62,838 nucleotides of DNA, filler included, from Nemertoderma westbladi (GCA_032718475.1; 4 parts of 4 records of this genome joined end to end with filler, not necessarily neighbours in it); one strand, 5' to 3'; positions 24,936 through 36,900 are shown, counted from the whole stretch's first letter. Notes: generated by a model from the sequence alone, not told the origin. Made by a program: numbers and translations.

Positions 24936-25275
24936 ATCTTCCCCCTCTAGCTCGCCTCACTTTCCGCCCCACTCTCTTCCTCTAATCCTTCTCGTTTCTG
25001 GTCACCTGATGCCCTCAATGCCCACAAGTTTCTCCCTCTCCATACTCTTCTTGGTTATCCCACTTCTGACAACCAACGGTATGCATACATACCACCCCTT
25101 TCGATCCCGCATGTGACGCCCTCAGTCTACCTCAGTGCGTATGTTTCTCTTTAACTACCTACACCTTCACGTCGGCACGTCCATACCCTTCTCTGTCCAA
25201 CCTATTGGACCACTCAGCAACCTAAGGGCCACTCCTCCATCAGGCACCCTCCCATCTTCCCCCCTCTAGCTCGTC

Positions 25276-28200
25276 TCACTTTCCACCCCACTCTCTTCGT
25301 CGAATCCTCTTTGTTCTTGGTTGTCCATACTGCCGATACTGTAATGGGAGAATGTCACCATGCCCCCCCCCCCCCCCTCCCACCAATGTTATGTTTGGCA
25401 CTAGGGTTGATGTTAATACATTGGGGCCCATCCATCTATCTGCAATATCCCCCTCAACCGGGTATATGTTATGTCCCTGCATGTTATAGTCATACTGTTC
25501 TGCTGGTACCGGTATAGGCTTATCCACTTCGGGCCTACCTACCGGTATATACTCCGCGACTTCTGGGTTTAATCCCGTCGTCCGCGCTACCCTATCGCCT
25601 ACACTATCTCTCCCAGCATGGCCTATAGTATGTGCAGTAAGGCCTACAGTATGTCCTGCAGTCTGTATCTGTCCCTCCGGACCGAAGTTTAACCTTCTCG
25701 AATAATTCAAGAAGTCCTCCCCGCGACTACCGTACCCTCGATCGGCAGCTATATCCCGACGGGAAGTTTCTCTTCGATCCCCTCTCCCATTCTCGTCCAC
25801 GTACCGGTACGCCCTGTACCCCTCTCTCGGCGTATAGTACACCTCGCCAGCTTGTGTCTCTCTGGGGCGACGGCAATATCCCGGAGTTCGACCCCACTGA
25901 CTCTCCAACTCCATCTCTACTACTGATGGCTCACTATCTGTCCTCGCTCTCCGGTCTCTCGTAACGACACTTCTTCTACTCTCTTCTCTTCTTCTCTCTT
26001 CAGTGTAGCGTCCCCGCTCGTGAGATCTCTCGTCGACCTCTCGGTTAAACTCCACTGTTCTTCTTCCCTCTACTGACTGGGCTCGACGTCTCGTCGCTCG
26101 CCCGCTCGTGACGCCAACTTCCCTCTCTCTAGCCGGTTGCACGCCGCTGGGGATATTCGTAATCCCCCTATTACTCTCTGTCGCCGGGTGCTGCGGTTCA
26201 CCTAGCTCGCCCCGTGCATTGTCCGCCGACGCCTGTGGGACACTCTCTGCCCCCCCCCCCCCCCCCCCTCTCGCCGCTAATCTCTCGTTGTGGGGGGCCT
26301 GTAGCCCCCCCCCCCCCCCACTCACCACCTATTACTTCACTATCTCTCGCTTCGCCTCTACGCCCCTCTCTAGTCGACGCACTATCTCTAATGCGGCTGG
26401 GTCTATTCACCCCCGCCTCTCCCTCTATCACTGCGTGGCCTGGCAGGCTCCCGACGGGTTGACTCACCCCCGCTACTCCCTGTGTATTAACTATTACGTG
26501 GCCTTCCAGGCTCCCGTTGGGGTCTCTCACCCCCGCTACCCCCTGCGTACTAATTATGTGGCCTTGCAGGCTCTCGCTGGCCGGGCCACCTACATCTGCT
26601 GCATTTATATTAATAGCACCATTATTAACATTGTTGTTCAAATTATTTAAATTATTGGAGTTATTCTGTACTGAATTCGGATTATTTTTTAAATTATTTT
26701 GTATATTTGGGTTAGAATCGGGATTATTTTGTTCGTTTGAATTAAAATTATTATTTAGATTATTTTGCGTATTTAAATTTAAATTATTCGAGTTACTTTG
26801 CATATATGTTTAGATTATTATTTGAATTATTTGGATTACTATGTGCGTTTAAATTAGGGATACTCGGATTTAAATTACTGTTACCGGGCAAAATATTATT
26901 ACCTGCAATGAAAGTTTGATTAGGGTTGTCTACTACGGTACTATTAATATTAACGTCTTCTAACGTATTGTTATTACCCCCCCCCCCCCCCCCGCCCGTA
27001 CGGTTACACCAGTCTTGGGTCTGTCATCCGGTCCCTGTAAGTGGGGTATTAACAAACGTTTCCATAACCTCTGGCTCCTCGTAAATACTACCCGAGCCAG
27101 CCTCACTCTCTGATAGTCCCAACTGCGCCAGTTCTAGTCGGCGCTTCTGTTTGGCCTGATATTGTATAAGCCCCCTCAACCGGGCATGCATATCATCCCG
27201 CATGCACTTTCCGGCTCACTCTCTCTCTCTATCCTCTTGCAAACTCTGGTTCGCCAACTCTGTTTCTCTCGCCACCCGCTCTCTATGCTCGCTTTCTACA
27301 CTCGCTTCTCGCTCTCTATGCTCATTCATCTCTCTCGCCTCTCGCTCCTTACACTCGTTCTCCGCTCTCATTTCTCGCTCCTTACGTTCCTTTTCTCGCT
27401 CCTTACGTTCCTCTGTCTCTCTCTCTTCTTGCTCTCTACAATTTCTCGCTACCCTCTCGGTCCTCTCTCTACACTCCCTCGCCAACTCCCTCTCTTTCTC
27501 CAACAGTGCAGTTCCCTCATCCAACTGCCTCTCTAATTCTTTCTGGTCTAGCGCCACCATGTCTAATTGACACGCCAGATCTATCTCTAACACCCTTCTT
27601 GCTTTCGCGGAGGATGTAGCGGACTTATCGGTCGCGACGGACTCCCGTCACCTCTCTGTCCTACTAACTTTCCCCCGCTTACTAGGGTTCTCGCTAACCG
27701 ACGAGACCGAATCCTCGGGGTTAACCTCGGGTTCGCCCTCGTGCGGATCTGCCCAACCCACTAACTTAATTCCCCTAGCATCCACTAAATATGGCCCTAT
27801 ATACACCACTTCAGGCTCCATAACCCCGGATCGCCACAGTTCGAATAGTTCGGTGGCAACCCCCCTCGCTCTCTCACTCGCCAGTTCTCCCTGCCCAAAA
27901 CGGACTAGATATCTGAAATGTTTATTCGACTCACCTAGCCGCTGTCTCAACTTCCTTTGGTTTACCTTTGCCCCCTCTCTGGCCTCCTTGAGCTGTTTCT
28001 TCGTGGCGTTGTAGGCCCGTCGAAGCCGATCGCTGGTTCCGACGTCCTCATCGCCCACATCTCCTCCTCCTCTCCTGGTTCGGCGTCGTACCGGCGGCCC
28101 CACCGTCGCCGTTCCGGTGGGCCGTCCGTCGCCCTCGGCCTGTGGCTGGCCGGCGACTTCGGTACTTCGACCGCCGTCATACGTCGACTCGTCCCTTCCT

Positions 28201-28398
28201 TGCGGTAGACGGCCACCCTCCGCTTGGGCTGCCGAATCGTCTCTCGTCGGCGAATCCGGTGTCGCAGGTCAGTACTGTCGCGTCGCGGCCTCGCCGATCG
28301 TTTGGTTGGTATCGTCCGCCGTCCGCGGCGGTGTCCTCTTTCCCTCTGGTAGTTGGGGTCCTCCTGAACTCATCTTTAACTATCCGTCCTGCAGTCAC
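25276..28398 (-). pseudogene. Fragmented Gag-like ORF of LTR copy A (PEDSVSSVS motif, coiled coil, Asn-rich, Arg-rich)
   Basis: ORFs 27648-28103, 27216-27593, 26198-26803 and 25276-26328 are colinear with copy B. The TGA at 27648-27650 corresponds to an Arg CGA in copy B. Frameshifts occur at G-runs. The Gag identity is inferred from position only. Confidence 0.6.
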
Positions 28399-28427
28399 AG
28401 TTTCAGAGGTTGTTGGGAATCTTGCAC

Positions 28428-29020
28428 TGTGACGGGATCAAGGGATCCCGACCGGTTGTCAGGCTACGCGTCACCATGATATGAAATAAAGTTTGTTGTT
28501 ATCGTCTTGATGTTCGTATTGAAAATTGAATAAACACTGATAATAGTAAACAACAGCACAGTTGATAGATTGATGGAATAACAGTGTACCGGTATGGTAA
28601 TATATGTGATATGTGGTGACGGTGACGGTGCAAGATGTCACCGGTCTGCACTCAACTAATGACTGGAATAACTGAATTGCTATCTCAACATATTGGTAAT
28701 ATATCTAATCATTCCTACATTACTCTGGCCTTTGTCCAGTGGATGATTTCTCCCGCTCCTATTGGCTTATAACCTACTTCACGCCTCTCACCTCTGTGGG
28801 AGTGCTTTCCCCCCCCCCCCCCCCCCCTGTTGGTTATTTGCCCTCTCGAGGTGGTTTGACCTCTAACCTCCCTTTGTGTGGCTTTTGGGGTTTGTGTTAT
28901 CCCCGTTATTGGGTGTGATACGAGATTGGTTGTTATCAATCTCGTATCTCCAATATTGCTGAAAAAGGCGCCACTTCCCAACTTTATGGGGGTAATAAGG
29001 CGGATTTGAATCCGCTCACA
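28428..29020 (-). repeat. 5' LTR of copy A (593 bp)
   Basis: TG...CA termini with short inverted ends. The boundary is fixed by comparison with the copy C LTR, where homology stops at ATCCCGTCACA. Confidence 0.85.
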
Positions 29021-29187
29021 TTTGTAACAGTATTTACAAAATTTCAGAAGGAATGGGGGGGGGGGGGGGGGGCACGCTCGGGAGAACTACAGACCTAGCC
29101 CCTGGGCCATAATTTTAATACCGTAGTCCGGGCAACGTGAAGATTTGTGGCTGCCAAAACGTTTTCAAAGAAAAAATTTAAAATATA

Positions 29188-30622
29188 CAGGGTGTCCCAC
29201 AAAATTTGACACGGTTTCGTTTTCAAATGACTCAGCTGGACCTTAATAATATTCGGGATTATTGGTATCATTAGAAAGCGAGAGTGCTAACTTAAAAAAA
29301 GTAACTTGTTGGAAACGATTATGTTGCTATGGTAACCCCCTGCCGCAGTTCATAAAGAAATAAGGGTTTTGGAAAGGTACATTAATAATTAATTATTTTA
29401 AGCACTTAAAAATTTGTAGTTTGTTAAGGAATACACAAACTTAAAATTGGCAAGGGGGATTTCTTTGCAAAAGAAACATCCATATCATGCATTTCGCAGT
29501 TCGGTGAGGTTGGCAAGAGGCTGGCTGTACACAATGTTCTTTGGATGACCCCACAAGTAAAAGTCACAGAGTGTTAGGTCAGGTGACCTAGGGGATCATG
29601 CTATCGGACCGCCCGCAAAATTAGTCCCCAATTTGGAGGAGCAACGTCTTGCTGGAAGACAACATCTCCGCTTTCGCCAATGCTAGGCACAAAAAACGTC
29701 TGTAACATCTGCAAATAATTATTACTTCTGACGGGTCCTTAAAGTACAGTAGTAGGCTCCTATAAAGCAGCTTTCGGACATTGCAGCCCACAGAGTTACC
29801 TTAGGAGAGTCTCCAAAATGCTCCACTATTTTATGGGGGTGTTCCTTACACCAAACGAGGCAGTTCCATTGGCCATTTAGGTGGAATGTGGCTTATTCAC
29901 TGATGAAGACTCGCTGTAAGTCATTGTTCTGCAAATTCTGAGAGATTTATCCAGCGGTGACAACTCTTGTGGGGTCAGCAGTAGGTTTTAGACCATGGAT
30001 CATTGGAATTTTATATGGCTTACATTTCCGTTTACTTCAGAACGTTTTGCAATTCTTTAGGTGGTACGGGTACCTCCACTCAATTTTATTATATTGTAGC
30101 GGAGTTATTTAAAAGCGAAACCGAAAACTTAAAATGTTTGGAGACATAAAAACCAGGAGGTTTCCATTGCAACTAAATCATTCAAGACCCATGGCAATCT
30201 TAAGTTACTGTAATTCCTTAACAAAGAACAAATTTTAAATGCTTTAAAATACTTAAAAATTTTACTCTTAAAATTGATTATTAATCCACTTTTCGAAAAC
30301 CCTTGTTTCATTATGAACTGCGCCAGGGGGTTACCATAGCAACAAAATGATTGTTTCCAACAAGTTTTTTCTTTAAGTTAGCAGTTGTTGTTATACTGTA
30401 ACTTGTCATTTAAATAGTTCTTACATTAACCGCTTGATGTCGCATAACAATTATAGTTACTAGTAACCAAAGAATGGAAACTACAGTAACTAACTTCTGT
30501 GTGATTCAAATATAATATATTGAAGTACTGTATAGTTTAGAATAATTATTGTATTGTTTTATCATCGAATATATAATATTAAATATTGTGTTCAATATTG
30601 TTAAATTGTGTGGGACACCCTG
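29188..30622 (-). mobile_element. Decayed Tc1/mariner-superfamily transposon with long imperfect TIRs
   Basis: TA|CAGGGTGTCCCACA ... TGTGGGACACCCTG|TA. Transposase relics FISE*ATFHLNG, SPKVTLWAAMS, FQQDVAP and PRSPDLTLCDFYLWG. Internal inverted homology 29290-29460 versus 30170-30380. Confidence 0.88.
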
Positions 30623-30787
30623 TAAATCTAATAAAATCATTATATTAATAATTATTATATTTCAGGTTATAATACTGCATAATATTATTTGTTAAATGCA
30701 TATCTGTGGCTAATATGCCAGGAGTTCAGTAAGTAAAAGTATATAGCAAATAATAACTAAATGAGTAACGAAACTGAACCTTAACTG

Positions 30788-30862
30788 GGGACGGCGGGGC
30801 AGCATGTCTGAACGGCAGGCCTGCAATCTATTGGTTATAGGTTCGAACCCCGGCAGATTCAA
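30788..30862 (+). other. Degenerate tRNA-derived (SINE-head-like) sequence
   Basis: B box GGTTCGAACCC at 30840-30850; the acceptor stem does not pair. Confidence 0.4.
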
Positions 30863-31856
30863 ATAAATAATTTCATAGAATAAGCTTGCTTGCGATTATT
30901 GTGATACTTAAACCTATTAGTAGACTACCGGGCTATAAAATGTTGTACAGTACAAATACCGGGGGGGGGGGGGGGGGGGGGGGTTATAATTTAATTCACT
31001 TATACGATGCTATACGATACGATATGATATAAATTCACATTTCCAGGTTTTCTGGGGCGCTGATTCTAATGAAATACATTTCTAATTTGCCAGATCATTG
31101 CTACTCGTCCAAGTCTTGCCTCACTTCTGGCGTTATGTTAAAATTTCATAAATTAAGCTTTAGAAATAAAATAATAAATTTCGCATACAGTGACGGGGTT
31201 CCATCATTGATAACAGAAGTTTCCCCATTTATGTTGTGGTTTAAATTCCAGTTGTCAGGTATTCGGTGTTTCTAGCGCCTGTGACAATCCACCCCCCCCC
31301 CCCCCTTTTTTTTTTTTTTTAAGATAAACATATATTGCAAAATTCCATAATCCCATTATTTTAAAACTTAAAACATTAGAATTTGAATCTATGAACATGA
31401 TGCCATGTATGGTTTCATTATCTATATCTATGATATTAGACCGAGTTTCCTAATTTGGCGCCGCTCACAAAGTAAAGAAGGCGGGAAAGTTGTCAAACGC
31501 TGCCAAAATTGTTTGTAATTGTAAATGTAAATTGTAACTTTATGAACTGCCCAACCGCAACAAGAACATTAAACCTACAAGGGTGTACCCTAAAAAGATA
31601 ACACAATGTATTCTGGCATCAATCACCATGTTAATGTGAGTTTATTCTGACTACCCAGATCATCAGTTAAGTTTACTGTACTGTAGGCCTAGGCTAATAC
31701 TCCTCACATGCAATTGTAGATATTAGTAATAATATTTTTCATTTTTAATTAAGTTAATTTATCCTTTGTTTAAAATAACTATTTTTTTTCTTAAATACAA
31801 TGTTTATATAATTTAATATTATCCGATTAAGATAATACTGTAGTTGGTGATAAACA

Positions 31857-32866
31857 ATGACCAAACTAAGACTATCTTTACTGCGTACACAAAGACAATA
31901 TTTATTAATCATCACTATATTGTCCATGGTTATCATTGCTTGCTATGTTTTCAATTACTATGATAGTTTTTTTCGCTGCCTCGTCAATTCACCACGACAT
32001 TACTACAAAGAACAGCCTGTATATAATATTACATATACAGATTTCATTATGAACGAAAAGTTCTGCAAACAACTACCAGATATATATATATTATTTCTGG
32101 TGAGAACAGGTCCTTCAGAGTTCGACAAGAGACAAACTGCACGAGATACAATCGGATCCATTAATCATCTCAATGGAAGAATCATTAAGCTATTGTTCGT
32201 CCTAGGTGTTACTGCGGCGGTAAGCAATCGTAATATTGGCGATGAACAATATTTCTGGAAAGATATCGTTCAATTTAATTTCACCGATCACGTTAAGACA
32301 CTGACTTACAAGTTGATATATTCTTGGGGTTGGATTATAAATAATTGTCCCAATGTCTCTTTTGTAATTTCTATGGACGCAGATGTGTTTGTAAACCCGT
32401 ACAATCTCATGGAATACTTGCGAACTCACTCTGCTGATCAACTTCTATATGCTGGTTACAGAAATTCATATTTCCCCAGTAGACGCGTGAAGAGAAACAC
32501 AGAGAGCAAATATTACGTATCGTACGACTCGCTCCCGTGCCAATTATACCAAACCTATAACTCTGGCGGATTTAATGTTATTTCCATGGAAACCTTAAAA
32601 CTCTTCTACGTCGCCCATAGGCACGTTCCTTACATACCAGTAGAGGACGCATACACAGGCCTTCGTTGCCAAGGCAACTGGAGTGGTACCCGTTTCTATG
32701 GATACAGTATTTATGAACGACCACGGTTTGCCTTACGATTACTGTAGCTACCATGGTCGTATCATAGCAACTCACGGATACACATCCAATCAGCTATACG
32801 ATATGTGGGGGCCAATTGCATAAAGACATAGTAAACTCAACCAGATGTGATTTACAAAACATATAA
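31857..32866 (+). CDS. B3GALT: Beta-1,3-galactosyltransferase-like (GT31), single coding exon, with 3' frameshift(s)
   Basis: Type II TM anchor; motifs RQTARDT, LFVLG, DIVQFNFTDHVKTLTYK, DADVFVN, YNSGGFNVIS and EDAYTG. Homology continues after a +1 at ~32661 (FVAKATGV...IATHGYTSNQLYDMW). Confidence 0.88.
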
Positions 32867-33229
32867 CATGAAATTATCGTCATGTATGCACTAGGGCGTT
32901 ATGCTGCTAGACCTAGAAACAAGGCCACCACAAATCACTTGGTCCGCCATACATCAACTTCAGGGTCCTTGCAATAGGTTGCCATAATGCAAGAAAGTGA
33001 GCCACGATAGCAATGGTCGGTTAGCTTTAAGCGCCGGGGATGCAGGGAAACACAGTGGCCCACACCGGCCATCCTTTTCGCAACAAAAACTCAATACTCA
33101 TCTATGGGAAATATCTGCCGTGAAATCTGACGGGAAATTCAACCTGCCGTGAATTTCTGCCGTAAATATTTACGGCAAATTCAATCTGCCGTGATTTTTT
33201 CACGGCATATACTGTATTGTGGGGCGAGC

Positions 33230-33700
33230 CACGAAGTTGGCGGAGCCTTAGCGAATTGACACTGTTAGGGGGTGGGTCAATTTATGCAAATAGTTGTCGT
33301 CGTCGTCGTCGTCGTCGTTGTCGTCGTCGTCGTTGTCGTCGTCGTTACGATTTTGACATGCTAATAACTTTGTCGGATTTAAAGCTGCCAAGTTGAAAAT
33401 TTGTAGGTATCAATATGAGCAAAAGTTGAGATTTTTGAGAGACTTTCAGACACCATCAGTGCAATGGTCTCCCGCTAGAGGGCCACATGTCTAAACATTA
33501 AATGCCCTCCCATTTCTTTGCTTTTAATCCGTTTAAGCTGAAACTTGGCAGATATGTATTAGACCATTAGCTGTGACTTTCAAGGGAGGCGAATCCATCT
33601 GCAGTTCTCCAGTCTGCCGCTAGAGGGCCAACGTGACTATTTGCATAAATTGACCTACCCCCTAACAGTGTCAATTCGCTAAGGCTCTGCCAACTTCGTG
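33230..33700. mobile_element. MITE/HINE-like element with 65-bp inverted repeats and a (GTC)n microsatellite
   Basis: Arms 33230-33294 and 33636-33700 differ at 2 positions. 3' hairpin CGAAGT-CCCC-ACTTCG follows. A related end fragment lies at ~7770-7795. Confidence 0.75.
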
Positions 33701-33869
33701 CTGCGCGAAGTCCCCACTTCGTGTATATTAATATTTAGTCGCTGACTTTTTAAACATACAGCCAATTTGTTACCGATGATCTATCTATCTTGCATTGTAT
33801 TTCCTGCTCCAAAAGTTGGGTCGATTTTCCAATGCAGAGGGATTAATTCTGATTGATAAGCCTGGCCCC

Positions 33870-33969
33870 NNNNNNNNNNNNNNNNNNNNNNNNNNNNNNN
33901 NNNNNNNNNNNNNTTAATTAATTAANNNNNNNNNNNNNNNNNNNNNNNNNNNNNNNNNNNNNNNNNNNN
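33870..33969. other. Artificial scaffold spacer
   Basis: N44-TTAATTAATTAA-N44. Confidence 0.98.
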
Positions 33970-36900
33970 AGGACTGCGGGACTCCGGAGTCCCAAACACA
34001 AAAGCTAAGCTCCTGAAGTTTACTTTTGCACTTTGGACGAAATATTTGTTTTAGTGGACTAATTATAGATGAGAGCAACTCATCCCAGCGAAATTTCACA
34101 AATTTAATTATTTGTTAAGTTTTTATATAATCTCAAATTTGAAAAATATTTTTTTTACTTTGACAATGTTTGGAGAACTGTAGTTCTGAGTCATTGAGTC
34201 ATTAAGTGCAGTAATAACTGAAATTAAACAGACACACCTTCCCTTTATTCAAAACAACTAACAACATTTGTATACATATTACAGTGAAAAAATACCAGCT
34301 GTTTCCGTTTGCGGGATCTGGGAGTCCCGCTGTCCTTAAGTAACTTTTTTATCAAATGAGCTGAAATAACAGGACTTCTGTCAGTCTGATGCCTGTCGAA
34401 CACCGGACAGTGTTTTCACGGTATCGGCGACGATTGGCTGCTTTTAATGGCCCTTACAGATACATTGTCTACAAATTTAACCTACCGGTTCATTTTAGGT
34501 GGTTCGTTTTCTCAATCATATTTACCGGTCACTGCTATCAGCTGTTTAGCAGTCTGGCCTATTTCAGTATTTGTAGCGATGAAATTCAATTAGCTACTTG
34601 CTAGTACTGCTGTACTGTACTAGCCAAACAGCCTAACCAGGGCTGAGGGCTGCTAAGTAGGGCCAGGCTGGCTGTAGGTAATAATTTGGCCCAACTATTA
34701 GTAACTTAATATTATAGCAAGGCCTATATTCTATTCATACAGGACATACGTTAGCAGCCTACTACCGGGAGGGCCTCCACCTGTACTGTACCGGTACTGC
34801 TGTACTGTAGGTATGTGTACAGTAGTACTGACGCAGTGTTCTGTAACCTGCTCCTTTCCCTCAATTGGTTAAGTGGCCGTTTATTGTTTTGGTTAGACTG
34901 TGAAAATACCTGCCTCTATAACCTGCTCCTTTCCCTCATGCCTCAATTGGTTTATGATGTGTGTTACTCAGTTACTTATATTAGGCCTACAGCTGTACAG
35001 TATTACTGTATGTGGAGGCCCCCAAACGCTGTTAATCCCACCACCGGTATTAATTACATGGTTTGGTTACCATCAGACTGTACCTGCAACCTGTATCCTC
35101 TGATCCTGGTATCTGAGTTGAGTGGGGGTACCTACAACCTAGGCCTATATACATTGATACTGTAGGCCTACATACAATTGACAATTATTTAGTTATATGT
35201 TTGGCAATATCTCAATACGGCATTACAGAAACATTCGCTTCAAATATTACAGCATTACTGGTACCGGTACTGTGTTTATCTGTCTGTATAATCTGATAAT
35301 ATTATGGAATCTACCGGTACTCCCAGTTCTGGCTCAAAAATTCGAAAGTTTGTGAAACCCATATCTGTCAGTGGAAACAATGTTTATTCCATTCTCGATT
35401 GTATTGATAGTGATGAGGAAGATGATGTAGAAAATCTTTTAAATGATTCTGATACTGAATTTTTTCATTTTGACGGTTTTGACTTCGAGAGTGAGAGTGC
35501 TCATAATTTAGAAACATTAGAACATCCTTCTTGTGCACCTGGTTTAGAGGCCGTAATTCGGAACACTGAACAAGTAGATAGATCTACTACTGATTCTGAA
35601 ATGATTGAAACGGGAGGCCTAGGTCTATCATCTAAAGTCTCGACTTCTAGTGAGAGTAGTAGGCCTATTGAGCCTAGTGCGAAATCAAACTGTGTAGTAC
35701 CTGTAGAACGCAAACAATATCCAGTCCGCAAACGAGTTCGGATAGTTGATATTTTGAATAGGGGTAGGCCTAAGGAAAAATCGAAGGTAGCAAAGAAAGT
35801 CCCCCAGGCACCTGTTAGTGTACCAGATCTGGCGGAACAGCAGCAGGCCGAGTTTTCCCCTCAAGAACCTGTAATTGTCAGGAATAAGCCTATTCCATCG
35901 AAGAACAGATCATCAAAGTCAACAGGGAATACTTTTGATAAGCCTAGGCCTATAGAATGGAAACGGAGATATGGCCCTAATCCTAAGTTACCTTGTATTT
36001 ATGATGGTTTCCCTAGTATAGTGGGACCTTTATCTGATCTTGATGTCTTCAAAGCAGTTACCAATTGGGATTCTCTCTTACTCATGACTTGCACACAATC
36101 AAATGAGTATGCCTTGCAGAACGGGAGGCAATTTGTTGTTACCCCAGATGAGCTCAGTGCCTTTTTTGGAATAAACTTTGTAATGTCAATTGTGAAACTT
36201 CCCAGTCTCAAAGATTACTGGTCAACTTCTCGTGTCATGAGCCAGCCAATAATCTCTAGTACCATGACAAGGGCAAGGTTTCTGGATATTTTACAAAATC
36301 TACATGTTTCCGACAATAAGCTTGCACTTCCTCGTGACCATCCCAATTGTGACCGAGCTGCTAAGATCCGTCCCTTGATAGACCACCTCAATGCTTCCTT
36401 CAAATCTGTCAAGCAACCTGCTCCCCATCAAGCTGTTGATGAACACATGGTTAAGTATAAAGGCCACCAAATCATGAAACAATTTGTAAAAGGAAAGCCT
36501 ATTCGGTATGGGTTCAAGTTATGGTTTAGATGTGCTTCTAAAACTGGCTTTGTTGAGAAACTAGACATCTATGTTGGAAAGAAGAATTCTGGACCAGAGA
36601 TTGGTTTAGGTGAGTCTGTTGTACTTGATTTGGTGGATGATTTGAAAGACAGCTTTGTGACAATTGCCTCAGATAACTTCTTCACTAGTCCTAATCTTGT
36701 CCAAAAATTAACTGAAATGAACTTGTACTCAGTAGGTACTTGTCGAGTAAACCGCAAACAATTTCCTGTTGATATGCTCAAAGATGACAAGGAAATGAAG
36801 AGAGGAGACATTGATTGGCGTTGCTCAGGATCACTCGTTGCCACCAAGTGGGTTGATAATCGTTCTGTTTATATGTTGGATAATTTCATCAATCCTAGAG

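Larger units (their letters stand above)
18799..29020 (-). mobile_element. Non-autonomous (pol-less) LTR element, family copy A
   Basis: 5' LTR 28428-29020 (TGTGAGCGGAT...ATCCCGTCACA). Polypurine tract G7AG at 18824-18832 abuts the 3' LTR start TGTGAGCGTATTC at 18823, which is cut by the gap. The interior has broken gag-like ORFs and tandem arrays; no PR, RT, RNase H or IN motifs were seen. Confidence 0.85.

Noticed and set aside
28464-28478. TGGTGACGCG as a tRNA-Trp PBS for copy A
   Set aside because: The homologous segment lies inside the 3' LTR of copy C and reads CGGCGACGC in copies B and C, so it is U5 sequence and a stem partner.
30788-30862. Functional tRNA-Cys gene
   Set aside because: Only the T-arm/B box is intact; the acceptor and D stems fail.
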